DNA of 64,000 bases, taken from Thermoguttaceae bacterium. Lineage in GTDB: Bacteria > Planctomycetota > Planctomycetia > Pirellulales > Thermoguttaceae. The stretch spans positions 92,591-156,590 of the forward strand of contig JAFQXE010000025.1 of assembly GCA_017407125.1 (NCBI GenBank), given 5' to 3'. How positions within the stretch are numbered: position 1 is the stretch's first letter; every line of letters begins with the position of its first letter. Made by a program: the position numbers and the translations under genes. Below the pieces are notes generated by a model. That model was not told the DNA's origin. It saw only the letters and a program-made list of their open reading frames with translations, and did not search any database. Shown in pieces: positions 63,871 to 64,000 of this stretch.

Positions 63871-64000
63871 CTAATCCTCCTCAAGGATTTCATCAGGGTC
63901 AATCATGCCGTCTTCGTTATCTTCGTAACTTTCGGGCAGTTCACAAGGCGGCGCTTTGAGCATATCGGCGATTTCCTCGGAAATGCAGCGATTTTCCAGG
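63871..64000 (-). CDS. hypothetical protein, C-terminal part only (acidic tail ..DPDEILEED)
   Basis: Open frame from the right edge to a TAG at 63871-63873. Confidence 0.4.
   Translation of the reverse strand, partial: LENRCISEEIADMLKAPPCELPESYEDNEDGMIDPDEILEED

Larger units (their letters stand above)
61500..64000 (-). mobile_element. phage or integrative-element-like gene module (partial, continues past the right edge)
   Basis: Seven short minus-strand ORFs with overlapping or abutting stops and starts, lower GC by eye, a DnaC/IstB-like ATPase and an HTH/zinc-ribbon protein. No integrase is visible in the window. Confidence 0.45.

Overview
This 64-kb chromosomal window is most consistent with a Planctomycetota genome, Phycisphaerae-like and probably anaerobic. 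That placement is inference from a PEP-CTERM anchor, YTV-repeat and BBP7-like proteins, futalosine-pathway mqnA and a reverse rubrerythrin. Most of the window is mid/high-GC housekeeping and secreted-protein genes: an ABC exporter, DegT aminotransferase, ROK glucokinase, DUF368, trmB, coaE, tRNA-Asn, xylA, mqnA, rubrerythrin, epmA, epmB-efp, gcvPA, clpX and a clan GH-A glycosidase. Two accessory segments stand out. (1) A sharply AT-rich ~9.2-kb island (15.7-24.96 kb) carries a translationally coupled five-gene operon: a MORC/MutL-like GHKL ATPase, a Z1-domain P-loop ATPase, a PD-(D/E)XK protein, an AIPR protein, and a C5 cytosine methyltransferase with a C-terminal extension. I read it as a methylation-linked, Mza-like defence cassette of unknown mechanism, and it is my top candidate for the system of interest. 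(2) A tightly packed minus-strand phage or integrative-element-like module runs from ~61.5 kb to the right edge (DnaC/IstB-like ATPase, HTH/zinc-ribbon protein, small ORFs). The non-coding DNA is also unusual in three ways. Many intergenic regions contain tandem 7-nt or 9-nt word arrays, often as inverted pairs. A ~60-nt bipartite palindromic element occurs three times, once in frame inside a 1502-aa CDS. A conserved promoter-like motif, CCCCCCTCTTGCAA-N16-TATATT, occurs twice. All calls come from reading the sequence and ORF track by eye; no database search or folding program was run.
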